64,000 nucleotides of DNA from a virus (IMGVR_UViG_2751185783_000001:1-64000); one strand, 5' to 3'. Positions 33,028-42,421 are shown, counted from the first letter of the stretch. Program-made: numbers and translations. Notes: a model not told the origin generated them from the letters alone.

Positions 33028-33759
33028 GTGACGGCCTACATCACCGACGGATCCGGACCGCCCATCGTCCTCATCTCCCAGCTCGATTCCAGCGCCGACA
33101 TCTGGGCGCCGCTGCTCCCGCACCTCGACGGCTTGCGCACGGTCACCTACGACCGGCCCGGCACCGGCAGTGCGCCGCCACGGCCCGCACCCAACCCGCC
33201 GATCCCGCACAGCGGCTTCGCCCGGGAGCTCGCCGGGTTGCTGCGCTGGCACGACGTCCGCGAACCGGCGATCCTTGTCGGGCATTCGTTCGGCGCGCTC
33301 ATCGCCCGCGCCTACGCTGCCACCTGGCCGGACCGGGTCGCCGGCCTGGTCATCGTCGACGGGGCCATCCCGCAGTTCCACCTGATGCCCAGCGCCGAGA
33401 AGAAGATCGACGGCGGCACCGAGATCGATGTGGTCGCCGGGCAGGCCGAAATCCTCGCCGCGCCCACCCCCACCGTGCCCGCGGCAGTCGTCGTCCGCAC
33501 CCACGGGCGCTGGGACGGGCTCGTCCAGCCGCCGCACCCCGCCGTCGAGGACGTGTGGCTCACCAGCCAACGCCTGCTCGCCCGCGACTGGAACTGCCCG
33601 CTCATCATCGCCGACAACAGCGGCCACCAATTGCAGCGGGAAGCGCCCTCACTGGTCACCTACGCCATCCGTACCGTCCGGGACGCTGTCGTGTCGGGGG
33701 AACCGGTGAAAACGGATCCGCAGGCGGCTGAGGCTGCTGGCGGACATCTCGACAGCTGA
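33028..33759 (+). CDS. Alpha/beta hydrolase
   Basis: YDRPGTG; GHSFG nucleophile elbow; SGH catalytic His. Confidence 0.9.
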   Translation: MTAYITDGSGPPIVLISQLDSSADIWAPLLPHLDGLRTVTYDRPGTGSAPPRPAPNPPIPHSGFARELAGLLRWHDVREPAILVGHSFGALIARAYAATWPDRVAGLVIVDGAIPQFHLMPSAEKKIDGGTEIDVVAGQAEILAAPTPTVPAAVVVRTHGRWDGLVQPPHPAVEDVWLTSQRLLARDWNCPLIIADNSGHQLQREAPSLVTYAIRTVRDAVVSGEPVKTDPQAAEAAGGHLDS

Positions 33760-33767
33760 ACACGAGA

Positions 33768-33803
33768 CGGCCCGCACCCTGCGATGGGGTGCGGGCCTTT
33801 TTG
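33768..33803 (+). terminator. Intrinsic terminator
   Basis: GGCCCGCACCC-tgcgatg-GGGTGCGGGCC-TTTTT. Confidence 0.8.
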
Positions 33804-33900
33804 CGTCGTGGCTACTTCGTCGACCAGGATCCGACGGTGTCCGCGCCCGCTACCCGCACCCTGGTACCCATCCGAAGGTCGGCAGTGGGCAGAGTGTCTC

Positions 33901-34437
33901 CTAGGGGGCATGATTGCGCAGGTACTCGGCAGCCTTCAAGAGTCGTTCGTGATTCTCTGCGAACAATCCTAGGGCCGTATTGCAGTGACGACACAATAAA
34001 GCGCGGACCTTGCCGGTCTTGTGGCAATGATCAATATCGAGGTTCTCCCCGACGGGAGGGCGTAGGCAAATTGCGCAACGATTCCCTTGGGCCTCCACCA
34101 GGGCTCTTAACTGTTCGACAGTAAGGTCATACTTCTTCAGCCGATCCAGAGTTCTGTCTCTCTTGCGTACCCGCGGTCGCCGCTCAGCAGACCCAGGCTG
34201 GCAGCGCCATCCGCCCCTATCTGATGCAGGGCGTCGACGAATCTTCGTGCCAGGTCCGCATTCTGCGCAATCCGCCAAAAGCAGTTCTGGATCAACATTG
34301 GAGAGGCGATGCTTTTTGTGTCCTTGAGGCACGAATCCATCATTGCGCACCAGTAGGTGATTCTTGAAATCCAAGACGCCCGGCCGCACCGGGCCCAACC
34401 AGGTAGCGACACATCGAGGCGTGGGACGTTCGTCCAA
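33901..34437 (-). CDS. Endonuclease VII-like (His-Me) nuclease
   Basis: YDLT...Q.NRCAIC...DIDHCH.TGKVRALLC..CN.ALG; lower GC; start uncertain. Confidence 0.85.
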   Translation of the reverse strand: MDERPTPRCVATWLGPVRPGVLDFKNHLLVRNDGFVPQGHKKHRLSNVDPELLLADCAECGPGTKIRRRPASDRGGWRCQPGSAERRPRVRKRDRTLDRLKKYDLTVEQLRALVEAQGNRCAICLRPPVGENLDIDHCHKTGKVRALLCRHCNTALGLFAENHERLLKAAEYLRNHAP

Positions 34438-34454
34438 CTGGCGCCGTCGATCGG

Positions 34455-34856
34455 CTATTCGTCGATGACTTCCAGAGTGCGCCGGCCGCCGTCGACGTCC
34501 GCGTACCGGTCCGGGTGGCAGGTCATCACGTCCACATCCATGTGAATCGCCATCATCGCCGCCGACGCGCAGTCCGGGCGGCCCGTCAACTGCTGCAACG
34601 CCACCAGCGCATCCCAGTCGCCGCCGTCATCGACGATCAAAGCGGTCGCCGGGTGCGCCAACAGCAGGTCCAGGCGGTCCCGGTCCAGCATGCCCGTGGC
34701 GTGCCCGGCCTCGACCAGGCACCACAGCGGGATCAGGACCGCCCCGTGCTCGTCGTCGATCTCAGCGAGAGTCTCGCCGACCGCCAGCGAGCCGCGAAGC
34801 CACGACGTGATCGCGCTCGAGTCGAATACCAGCTGGACTGTCCGGGCGCCGGTCAC
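34455..34856 (-). CDS. PIN-domain (VapC-like) toxin
   Basis: LVFDSSAI ... CLVEA ... D.ASAA ... VMT..PDRY. Confidence 0.7.
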   Translation of the reverse strand: MTGARTVQLVFDSSAITSWLRGSLAVGETLAEIDDEHGAVLIPLWCLVEAGHATGMLDRDRLDLLLAHPATALIVDDGGDWDALVALQQLTGRPDCASAAMMAIHMDVDVMTCHPDRYADVDGGRRTLEVIDE

Positions 34857-35032
34857 GCCGGGCGGGCCCGCAACTGCTCGAGGAACGCCGCCCGGGCCGC
34901 AGGATCGTGACGTTCCCGGGCAGCGAGCCTGCGCTGACGGGCACGGGCCTTGCCTTCCTCGGTGACGATCAGCCCCATCCGGGCATGAACCTCATCCAGG
35001 CTAAGTTTCGGCGTGCCGGTGTCCTGTTCCAT
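34853..35032 (-). CDS. Putative 59-aa antitoxin (absent from the ORF track)
   Basis: MEQDTGTPKLSLDEVHARMGLIVTEEGKARARQRRLAARERHDPAARAAFLEQLRARPA; GTGA overlap with the PIN gene; TACCCT-N6-ATG. Confidence 0.65.
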   Translation of the reverse strand: MEQDTGTPKLSLDEVHARMGLIVTEEGKARARQRRLAARERHDPAARAAFLEQLRARPA

Positions 35033-35081
35033 GGCTCGAGGGTAGACCCGAGCGCCCGGCGGGCGGTATCAGCCGCGGGTG

Positions 35082-35402
35082 TCACAGCAGGCCGAAGTGC
35101 GAGAACACGATCCGGTGTTCATTCTCCTGGATCTCGTAGTAACAGACCACCGGGCGGCCCTCGACCAGCAGCGGGTGGCGTCGAAGCGTGAACACCCTGC
35201 ACCGCATCGGGAAGTGATCGCTGAACATGCCTTCCTGGTTCTCGAACGGCTCACAGTCGCTGCCACGGGGATTGTCCTGAAGGCTGTAGTGCCACTGTTC
35301 GACCTCGGCGAGAACCTCCGGAGAAGGCACCGGGCCGCCTGCCCATTCGCCCAGCGCCTCCTCGAAGTTCTCCAGCTTCCACTTGCCGGGCCAGTCGGAC
35401 AT
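35082..35402 (-). CDS. Putative RelE/ParE-like toxin
   Basis: 106 aa; helix-LQDNP then beta strands ending VVCYYEI....RIVF; downstream of the Panacea gene. Confidence 0.5.
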   Translation of the reverse strand: MSDWPGKWKLENFEEALGEWAGGPVPSPEVLAEVEQWHYSLQDNPRGSDCEPFENQEGMFSDHFPMRCRVFTLRRHPLLVEGRPVVCYYEIQENEHRIVFSHFGLL

Positions 35403-35423
35403 GGTGCTCCTTCGGGGATAGGG

Positions 35424-35876
35424 CTAGCCCCCCGTGCGCGCCTTACGCCGTGCAGCGAAGTCGGCCGCCTCAGCCTCGGTCGGTTTCGCCTGGCGTTCGA
35501 CGGGCCGGCGGAACCAGTCGTTGAGCCATGACCATTCGATGCGGGAATCGTCGGCGGCATTGCGGGCTAACTGCCAGGCGGTGGAGATCTGCACGAGGGA
35601 CAGCAGGTCGGCGTCACGCAGGTCCGCGTAACGGCTCAGGGCGTAGCCGATGTAGCCGAGTTGCCGGTTGTCGAGATCTTCGGGGGTCTCGTCCGGGCTG
35701 TCGTCGACGTGGACGCCGTCGGGGGTGGCGTACATCGGTTCGGCGAACAGGGGGCTTCCGGTGCCGGCCAGGTAGTGGCCTTGGGCGAAGAACAGCAGCA
35801 GGCGCAGGCGGGTGCCGGTCTGGTCGGGGCGGCGTTGCTCTATGGCGGTGATGACGGAGTTGACGCTCGTAGTCAT
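35424..35876 (-). CDS. Panacea/DUF4065 (SocA-like) antitoxin
   Basis: LRLLLFFAQGHYLAGTGSPLFAEPMYA..DGVHV...Y......L......TAW; TACGTT-N6-ATG. Confidence 0.75.
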   Translation of the reverse strand: MTTSVNSVITAIEQRRPDQTGTRLRLLLFFAQGHYLAGTGSPLFAEPMYATPDGVHVDDSPDETPEDLDNRQLGYIGYALSRYADLRDADLLSLVQISTAWQLARNAADDSRIEWSWLNDWFRRPVERQAKPTEAEAADFAARRKARTGG

Positions 35877-36129
35877 CGGCGCAACGTAGGACGGCCGGGA
35901 GATCAGTTGAAGACCCGGTTCCGGTGATGGATCTGGCACGCCCGGTAAGTCTGCGGCGGGCAGGGTGGTTGCCGTTGCCGGGGTCGCCGCTGAACTCGCC
36001 ACGTCACGAAACGTATCGATGCCGCTACTCAATGTGTGTCGGATCACGGACGCATCACGAAAGACCATCATCACTCCTTCTGCAAACTCGGTCGGAATAC
36101 CTCCACCAGAGAAACCGCCGTAAACCCGG

Positions 36130-37941
36130 TCACTTCGCATACACGTGACCCCAGTTGACGCCACGCCGCTCACCCAGGCCCGCCTCGATCTGCACCGGCA
36201 ACGAACCGCCTGCGGGCGCCCACGGGAAACTCAGCGCCGCCAACACGGTCTGCTCCACATCACCCGCGATACCAGCAGGAACGCTCAGGATCACCTCGTC
36301 ATGCACGACAGCCCGCAACATCGGCACCACCTCAACAGGCAGCCGCAGCAAGCCCTCCATCATGATGTCCCGCGCGCAGCCCTGACCCATCAGCGCCGGA
36401 GCCTGCGTCCACGCCCGGTCCGGGTCCACCCGCAGCGGCCGGCCGAACCCGTTGTCCAGCACCCGCCCCGCCTTGCCGTCCGCGCGGACCCGGTCCCGCC
36501 ACGCCACCAGCCCGGGGAACTGGGCACGCATCCCCGCGTCGAACTTGCGGGCCACCTGCTCCGACACCCCGGCGTTACGCACCAAACCGTTGATCGACAT
36601 GCCGTAGTTCCAGCCGTGCCCCAAAGCCTTCGCCTCATCACGGCGGCCCGGGTCACCCCAGACCCGGGTGGCCACCTCCCGGTGCAGGTCCAGGCCGGGC
36701 GCGAACATCGCCAGATACGCCGGGTCCTGCGACAGGGCCGCCAACGCCCGGGCGTCGACCTGCGACAGGTCCGCGGAGATCAGTACATGGCCGGGCTCCG
36801 ACAGGAACACCTCCCGCTCGGCGTACTTCCCGCCGCGTTTACCCATCACCGTCAGCCCGGGTTTCGTCGTCGACCAGCGCCCCGACGCCTGGAACATGCC
36901 GATCTCCGGATGCACCCGGTCACCGACGAGATACTGCTGCACCGTCTCGTAAACGGTCCGGACCCCGTTCAGCGACCCGACCAGGTCCACCAGGGCCATC
37001 ACGTCCGGACGGCCCGTGAACACGGCGGCCACCTCGGCGAGAGCGTCCTTACCGAACGACGGCTGCCCGTTCTCCGTGACCGGCAGCCGCACCCCCAGAT
37101 CGGCGAAGGCGCGCACGATCGCCGCCTTGCCTTCCGCGGTGGCGTGCGGTGACTTCGACACCCCGCCGCCCTTGCGCGCTGCGGGAAGCCCGTACCGGGC
37201 GGACAGGTCCGCGAGATGCCCGGCGCGGACGGCACGGTTCGCCGCCACCCGCCGCTCGAGTTCGGGCACATCGACCCGGAACCCGTTCATGCGGATCCGG
37301 GCGGCCACCGCGGCAACATGATGCTCCCGGCGAAGGTACGGCCCGGTCCGCAGTTGTCGTCCGAGCCGTGCGGTCAGGTCGACGTCACCGGCCAGGTAGC
37401 GCACGTACCGTTCGTCGTCCAGGGGGATCCGGTCGAAGCCGCCGTGCTGGCGGGCGAGGGCCTTCAGGTCGCCGGTCTTGGTGGCGCCGAGCAGGCGGTC
37501 GCCCATGCTGTCCAGGCTGTACTCGCGCAGGATCTGCGCCTGCTTCATGCCCGGCGCCGGCGGGTCGTTGAGGATCCCCGCCAACTTGGTGTCGAACACT
37601 CGGCCTGCGGCGGCCATGCCGAGCAGGTCGATGCTGTGGTGCAGGGCCATGGCGACCAGGTCGAAGGCGAGGACGTTGTGGCCGATGACCAGCCGTGCCC
37701 GACCGATGGCATCGGCAAGTTGGGCCGGGTCGTCGGTGATGGTGATCCGGTCGCCGGTCTGGTAGCCGCAGAGCCGGATGAACCCGGGCTGCCGGTGCCA
37801 CATCTGGTCTTCGCTGGCGGTCTCGATGTCGAGGGCGACCACACCGGGCGGCAGGGTGACGGCGCCGCGGGTGTTGAGGGTGCGGTGGTCGAGCCGGGGG
37901 TAGGGGACGTCGAACAGGGTGGGTTCTTCGACGGCTGTCAT
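36130..37941 (-). CDS. Family A DNA polymerase (3'-5' exonuclease plus polymerase, no 5'-3' exonuclease)
   Basis: ExoI LDIET, ExoII GHNVLAFD, ExoIII YLAGD; motif A ADLSQVDAR, motif B RDEAKALGHGWNYG, motif C VHDEV. Confidence 0.92.
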   Translation of the reverse strand: MTAVEEPTLFDVPYPRLDHRTLNTRGAVTLPPGVVALDIETASEDQMWHRQPGFIRLCGYQTGDRITITDDPAQLADAIGRARLVIGHNVLAFDLVAMALHHSIDLLGMAAAGRVFDTKLAGILNDPPAPGMKQAQILREYSLDSMGDRLLGATKTGDLKALARQHGGFDRIPLDDERYVRYLAGDVDLTARLGRQLRTGPYLRREHHVAAVAARIRMNGFRVDVPELERRVAANRAVRAGHLADLSARYGLPAARKGGGVSKSPHATAEGKAAIVRAFADLGVRLPVTENGQPSFGKDALAEVAAVFTGRPDVMALVDLVGSLNGVRTVYETVQQYLVGDRVHPEIGMFQASGRWSTTKPGLTVMGKRGGKYAEREVFLSEPGHVLISADLSQVDARALAALSQDPAYLAMFAPGLDLHREVATRVWGDPGRRDEAKALGHGWNYGMSINGLVRNAGVSEQVARKFDAGMRAQFPGLVAWRDRVRADGKAGRVLDNGFGRPLRVDPDRAWTQAPALMGQGCARDIMMEGLLRLPVEVVPMLRAVVHDEVILSVPAGIAGDVEQTVLAALSFPWAPAGGSLPVQIEAGLGERRGVNWGHVYAK

Positions 37942-38471
37942 CTGGGGCCGTGTCCCGGGTATGTCTGGCGGCAGTCGGTGCAGAGTCCGACGTCGAACCA
38001 CAGTAGGCCGAGGATCACCGAGGCGGTGTAGATCCCATCGTCTGTTGCCGGACCGGCGCAGACGTGGCCGCAGCCGTCGCAGGTTGCGCTCGCGATGGAG
38101 TTGCGCGGCGGGTACAGAAGCCCAGTGCAGGCGGCGCAAACGATCAGGCCCGGTTTCCAGGCGACCGCAAACACTGGTTTCGGGCTGTACGGCGAGGGGC
38201 TGTGGCGGCAGGTGGTGGCGGTATCGAGGAGCCACCAGACCAGGGCGTCGATCAGGGAGAGGCGGATCCAATCGGGGAGATCCTGGGGAGCCAGTGGGGT
38301 GAGCGGTGCGCCTTGCAGGGTTGAGGCGGCTTCGCCGAGTCGGCGAATTTCGTCGCCGGCGGCCTGCTGCTGGTCGGTGAACCAGGTCGGCAGGGCGTTG
38401 CGGGCCTCGGCGGCGAAGGCGGCGAGACGCGGATCGTTGAGCAGTTCATCGAAGATGACCGTGTAGTTCAT
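37938..38471 (-). CDS. Cys-rich (Zn-binding) hypothetical protein
   Basis: CxH, CxxC, CxxC, CxxC. Confidence 0.7.
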   Translation of the reverse strand: MNYTVIFDELLNDPRLAAFAAEARNALPTWFTDQQQAAGDEIRRLGEAASTLQGAPLTPLAPQDLPDWIRLSLIDALVWWLLDTATTCRHSPSPYSPKPVFAVAWKPGLIVCAACTGLLYPPRNSIASATCDGCGHVCAGPATDDGIYTASVILGLLWFDVGLCTDCRQTYPGHGPR

Positions 38472-38524
38472 GAGGACTCCTGCCGTCGTTTGGTACCTTT
38501 GCGGATTTTTTGATCAGTGGATCT

Positions 38525-38625
38525 CCCTGGACAGTTGGACAGTTGAAGTGCGTTTTGGAGGTCGGTCTATCGCACAGGTAAGAAGCTAGGGTCAAAAACG
38601 CTTTCAACTGTCCAACTGTCCAGGG
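38525..38625. repeat. Perfect 23-bp inverted repeat with internal GGACAGTT tandem units; putative origin
   Basis: CCCTGGACAGTTGGACAGTTGAA (38525-47) / TTCAACTGTCCAACTGTCCAGGG (38603-25), just downstream of the D5 helicase gene. Confidence 0.8.
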
Positions 38626-38630
38626 CAAGA

Positions 38631-40091
38631 TCACGGCGAGAGCGGCAGGAACCGGGTCTTCACGCACACATCCGTGTACCGGACCGTCCCGCTCTTCTCC
38701 TTCAAAAACCCGAGACGTTGCAGCTCAGAACCCAACTTCGTCTGCGTCACCGGCCGACCCCGCTGCCGGGTCACGTCCCACCACTTCGTGTACGACTCGA
38801 ACATCAGAGCCGCCGACACAGTCTCCCCGTCGACCCGCTCCAGCGCGTCCCCAGCAAACTGAGCCGCCGGAGATGCCTCGGACATGCCCGCCGCCGTCTG
38901 CCGCCGGATGGCCTCCGGCGCCTCCAACGGGCCCTTGCCTGTCCAGTGCTGAATGATCGCGTTCAGGAACCCGGACGTCTCCGCCTTCAGCTCGTCCTTG
39001 AACGACTCCCGCAGCTGGGTACGGTCGATCTCGTAATCCCAGGAGATCTCCACATACCGACGTTCCATACCGCCGTCCGCCGACCATGACGGCCGGTTGT
39101 TCGTGTCCATCTGGAACAGGATCTTCGGGGAGAACGTCACCGCTTCCTTGCCCATCGCCCGACCCTGCAACTGCCCACCACCGGTGATCTTCTTGAGCAT
39201 GCCCAGGTTGTAGGCCGCGCCCTCCTCCGGCTCGTCACAGAACACCAGCCGGGCACCCCGCATCGCCGCCAGCTCCGACCGGTACACCTCCCGGGCGTTC
39301 TTCGTACCCTTCAGAATCACCTCCACCGGCAGCTCCGTCGCATAGTCACCGGCCACCGCCGTCAACAGGCCCGCCATCGTGCTCTTGCCGTTCCCGCCCG
39401 CCGCGCCCCGGTTCACCACGAACTTCTCCATGCCCATGCCGGACAAGCCGCGCGCCCACATTTGAAGCTGGAACCGGCGTACGTCCTCGTCCGGCTGGTA
39501 GTCCTTGAACGCCTTGGCGACCTTCGGGGCTTCCTCATCCGGGTCGTACGCGCAAGCGGTCTTGGTGTTCATGTCCGTTGGCCGGGTGGCTCGGATCGAC
39601 GTCGCACCGTCAGGATGCAGCTCGATCATCCAGCCGTTGGCGGTCGGCAACAGCCACGGCGCCCCGTCGAGCGGCGGAGCGTCGAACGCAGACACTGGCG
39701 TGGCGACGCCCGGAGAACCCCGGGCGATCTTCATCGCCTGGTTCTGTTGGCTGCCACCGGAGAAACCGGTGAGTTCGACGCACTGCTCACGGCTGAGGCC
39801 CTTGGCGCTGTCGTCGAGCAATGCCCGCGTGTAGTCCTTGATCGTGGCCACCAACTCGGCCAGCACCGCCGGTTCCGCATCCGGCACCCACTTCGCGCCG
39901 TTGTGGTGCAGCCATCCCAACTCCCTGCACCACCGGAAACGGCCCTGCAAGCGGGGGATCAGTAACTCGGCGAGCTTGACCGCACCGAACGTCTCCACCG
40001 GGCGGGTGCACGATTCGCAGCCGGCACCCTTACCTTCGGCGCCGAGCGGTTCACCATGTTTGCAGGTGTAGTCGGCGCCGTACGGGATCAC
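38631..40091 (-). CDS. D5/P4-type SF3 helicase without a recognisable primase domain
   Basis: D5_N-like GWLHHNGAKW; Walker A GAAGGNGKST; LVFCDE; LKKITGG; TNNRP; C-terminal wHTH; short N-terminal CxH..CxxC. Confidence 0.88.
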   Translation of the reverse strand: MIPYGADYTCKHGEPLGAEGKGAGCESCTRPVETFGAVKLAELLIPRLQGRFRWCRELGWLHHNGAKWVPDAEPAVLAELVATIKDYTRALLDDSAKGLSREQCVELTGFSGGSQQNQAMKIARGSPGVATPVSAFDAPPLDGAPWLLPTANGWMIELHPDGATSIRATRPTDMNTKTACAYDPDEEAPKVAKAFKDYQPDEDVRRFQLQMWARGLSGMGMEKFVVNRGAAGGNGKSTMAGLLTAVAGDYATELPVEVILKGTKNAREVYRSELAAMRGARLVFCDEPEEGAAYNLGMLKKITGGGQLQGRAMGKEAVTFSPKILFQMDTNNRPSWSADGGMERRYVEISWDYEIDRTQLRESFKDELKAETSGFLNAIIQHWTGKGPLEAPEAIRRQTAAGMSEASPAAQFAGDALERVDGETVSAALMFESYTKWWDVTRQRGRPVTQTKLGSELQRLGFLKEKSGTVRYTDVCVKTRFLPLSP

Positions 40092-40534
40092 GCCGCCCAC
40101 CACAGGTCATCTTGCGGATCCTCATCCCAGGGCACCGGGCCGCCGGTGTACGCGCCGATCCGTGGGATGCGTGAGGCGGCGTCTGCGGCTTGCCGGCGGT
40201 TGAGCTTTTTGACCCCGCGCATGGTTGCTTCGGCGCTGAACGACCCGGTGTAGGTGTACATGGCGGCGATGTTCGCCAGCGCGTGTTCGTCACGCTGGCC
40301 GTCCTCGTAGCCCAGGTCGTAGCCCCAGCCCATGAAGATGCGGGTGAGCCAAGCGACCTGGTCGCGGTTGAAGGTCTCCTGGGTGAGGAGTGCGGCGGCA
40401 ACCCGTTCAGCTTTTGCTGCGGGGGTGTCCCCAGGTGGGTCTGTGTCGGTTACCGTCAAGGGAGTCTCCTGCGTAGTCGCGTACGTGGGCGTGACGAATC
40501 GGCCGGGGTGCTCGAACACCTCGGCCGTTGTCAT
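40088..40534 (-). CDS. Hypothetical protein
   Basis: Coupled between the XRE and helicase genes. Confidence 0.7.
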   Translation of the reverse strand: MTTAEVFEHPGRFVTPTYATTQETPLTVTDTDPPGDTPAAKAERVAAALLTQETFNRDQVAWLTRIFMGWGYDLGYEDGQRDEHALANIAAMYTYTGSFSAEATMRGVKKLNRRQAADAASRIPRIGAYTGGPVPWDEDPQDDLWWAA

Positions 40535-40809
40535 GTCTGGGTGTCGACGGGGATGTTGAACCCGACGGCCGAAGCGAGCCGCTCGAGCTGCTCGCGGTAG
40601 CGAATGGCGATCTCTGTACCGGGCTGCCCGCCACGTTCGTAGTAGGCGATTGATCCGTGGCTGACCCGAATCTCGCGGGCAAGGCGGCGAAGGCTGACGT
40701 TCGCGGCGTCCCTGATTGCGCGGCGGATATGGGGTGCGGGGAGCCGGGTGAGGGTGACTTCCTCGGCGAGGGTGAGCGCCCTGATGGGCGGAGTGATGGT
40801 GTCGGTCAT
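40531..40809 (-). CDS. XRE/Cro-like HTH regulator
   Basis: RRAIRDAANVSLRRLAREIRVSHGSIAYYERG; TACGAT-N7-ATG. Confidence 0.85.
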   Translation of the reverse strand: MTDTITPPIRALTLAEEVTLTRLPAPHIRRAIRDAANVSLRRLAREIRVSHGSIAYYERGGQPGTEIAIRYREQLERLASAVGFNIPVDTQT

Positions 40810-40816
40810 AGGGCCG

Positions 40817-40872
40817 ATCGTATAAGACGCGGCGTCAATCGCCTAGCGATTGACAAAGAGTCGTGCTAGCTT
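40817..40872. promoter_or_regulatory. Divergent leaderless promoters with central operator GTCAATCG-N5-CGATTGAC (40834-40854)
   Basis: -10 boxes TACGAT (minus) and TGcTAGCTT (plus), each 7 nt from an ATG. Confidence 0.75.
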
Positions 40873-40879
40873 CATTCCC

Positions 40880-42421
40880 ATGCCCCTGACAGTGACCGCC
40901 TACCAGGCACCCGACACCGGCCCCACCACACAGCCCGTGCCGGCCACCGTGGAGACCAGCTGGTTCGAGCGCGCCCTGAACGCGTTCACCGACGGCCCCG
41001 CAACCACCCTCACCGCCGCCCTGCTCTCCGCACTCATCGCCGGACTCGGCGTCTACTTCTTCACCCGCCGCCCCGGCAAAAACGACTTCAGCAAGCAGCT
41101 CATGTACATCCCGCTGCTCCTCGTCAACGGCGCCGCCGTCTACGGACAGGTCGCCTTCTTCTACGAGACCGTCGCCCCCACCGCCTGGGCCGTCCCCGGC
41201 AAAATCCTCCTCGCCGTCGTCATCGCCCTCGCCATCGAATCCATCTCGATCTACGTCGGCTGGCACGCCCACGACGCGCTCATCAACAAACTCGGCCACA
41301 CCGCCGCCCGCCTGCGCCGCGCCTCCTACGGCATCGCCGGACTCGTCGCCGCCATCAACTACGCCCACTTCGCCGACTTCTCCGACCGCACCGGTAACCG
41401 CCTCGGCCTCAACGCCGCATCCGTCGCGTTCGGCCTGCTCTCCCTGATCAGCCCCTGGCTGTGGGGACTGCACTCCCGTCGGCTCAAGAACCTGCAACTC
41501 GCCAAGGAAGGCGTCATCGACGCCACCGGCGCCGTGTTCTCCGGCGAACGCGTTCGCTCCTTCCCGCTGCGCTCCTACCTCGCCCGGCGCTGGTCCATCG
41601 ACCGGTACATCACCGACCCGCGGCAGGCGTGGCGCGGCTACAACCACGAACTGCGGATGCGGTGGGCCGCCGACGTCGACCAGCCCGGCTGGTGGCTGCG
41701 CATCAACCCGGCCGCCAGGGTCAAGCAGCTCGCCGAAACCCTCACCGGGCAGAAGCAGCTGTCGTGGGCGATCGCCCTGCACGCCGAAACCCTCACCGGT
41801 GAACTCACCTCCACCCGCGCCGCGGTCGGTGCCGCCGAACGAAACGCCGCCGCGCAGACCGCCCGGGTTACCGCCCTCACCGAGGAACGGGACACCCTCA
41901 CCGGTGAGCTTGAGACGGCCCGCGCCGACATCGAAGACCTCACCGACCAGTTGACCCAGGCGACCTCCGACATCCAGTCCGCGCGCCACGAAATGGCCCT
42001 CACCGTTGAGGCCCGCGACGACCGGATCCGGGAGTTGGAGAAGACCCTTACCGACACCGTCGACAGGCTTACCGGTGAGAACGCTGACGCTCTCCGTAAG
42101 GCGCAGGCGGAGTACACCTCGAAGCTGGCGATCGCCCGCGCCGAGGCTCGGGTGCCGCGCCTCGACGACCGTCGCGGTAAGGCGTCCCCGGTGACCTCGC
42201 CGGCCTCCACCGGTAGGGCCTCACTGACCGATGAAGACGCTGTTCAGAAGATGCTTACCGAGCAGTCCGACCCGAGTTTCGAGTGGTCGAAGAACGCCGT
42301 CCGGGAGCTTCTCGGTGTGGGGTTCGGTAGGGCCGAGAAGCTCATCCCGATGTGGCTTACCGCCGCCCGTGAGAACGCCTCCGGTAAGCCGTCCGGTGGG
42401 GTTGTGGCGGTGAACCAGTGA
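40880..42421 (+). CDS. DUF2637/SpdA-like membrane protein with coiled coil and C-terminal FtsK-gamma-like wHTH
   Basis: Multiple TMs; AAINYAH; heptad region; WSKNAVRELLGVGFGRAEKL. Confidence 0.7.
   Translation: MPLTVTAYQAPDTGPTTQPVPATVETSWFERALNAFTDGPATTLTAALLSALIAGLGVYFFTRRPGKNDFSKQLMYIPLLLVNGAAVYGQVAFFYETVAPTAWAVPGKILLAVVIALAIESISIYVGWHAHDALINKLGHTAARLRRASYGIAGLVAAINYAHFADFSDRTGNRLGLNAASVAFGLLSLISPWLWGLHSRRLKNLQLAKEGVIDATGAVFSGERVRSFPLRSYLARRWSIDRYITDPRQAWRGYNHELRMRWAADVDQPGWWLRINPAARVKQLAETLTGQKQLSWAIALHAETLTGELTSTRAAVGAAERNAAAQTARVTALTEERDTLTGELETARADIEDLTDQLTQATSDIQSARHEMALTVEARDDRIRELEKTLTDTVDRLTGENADALRKAQAEYTSKLAIARAEARVPRLDDRRGKASPVTSPASTGRASLTDEDAVQKMLTEQSDPSFEWSKNAVRELLGVGFGRAEKLIPMWLTAARENASGKPSGGVVAVNQ

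Noticed and set aside
32656-33630. 324-aa extended CutA fusion
   Set aside because: The N-terminal extension is antisense to the hydrolase; the likely start is ATG 33003 with its own -10 box
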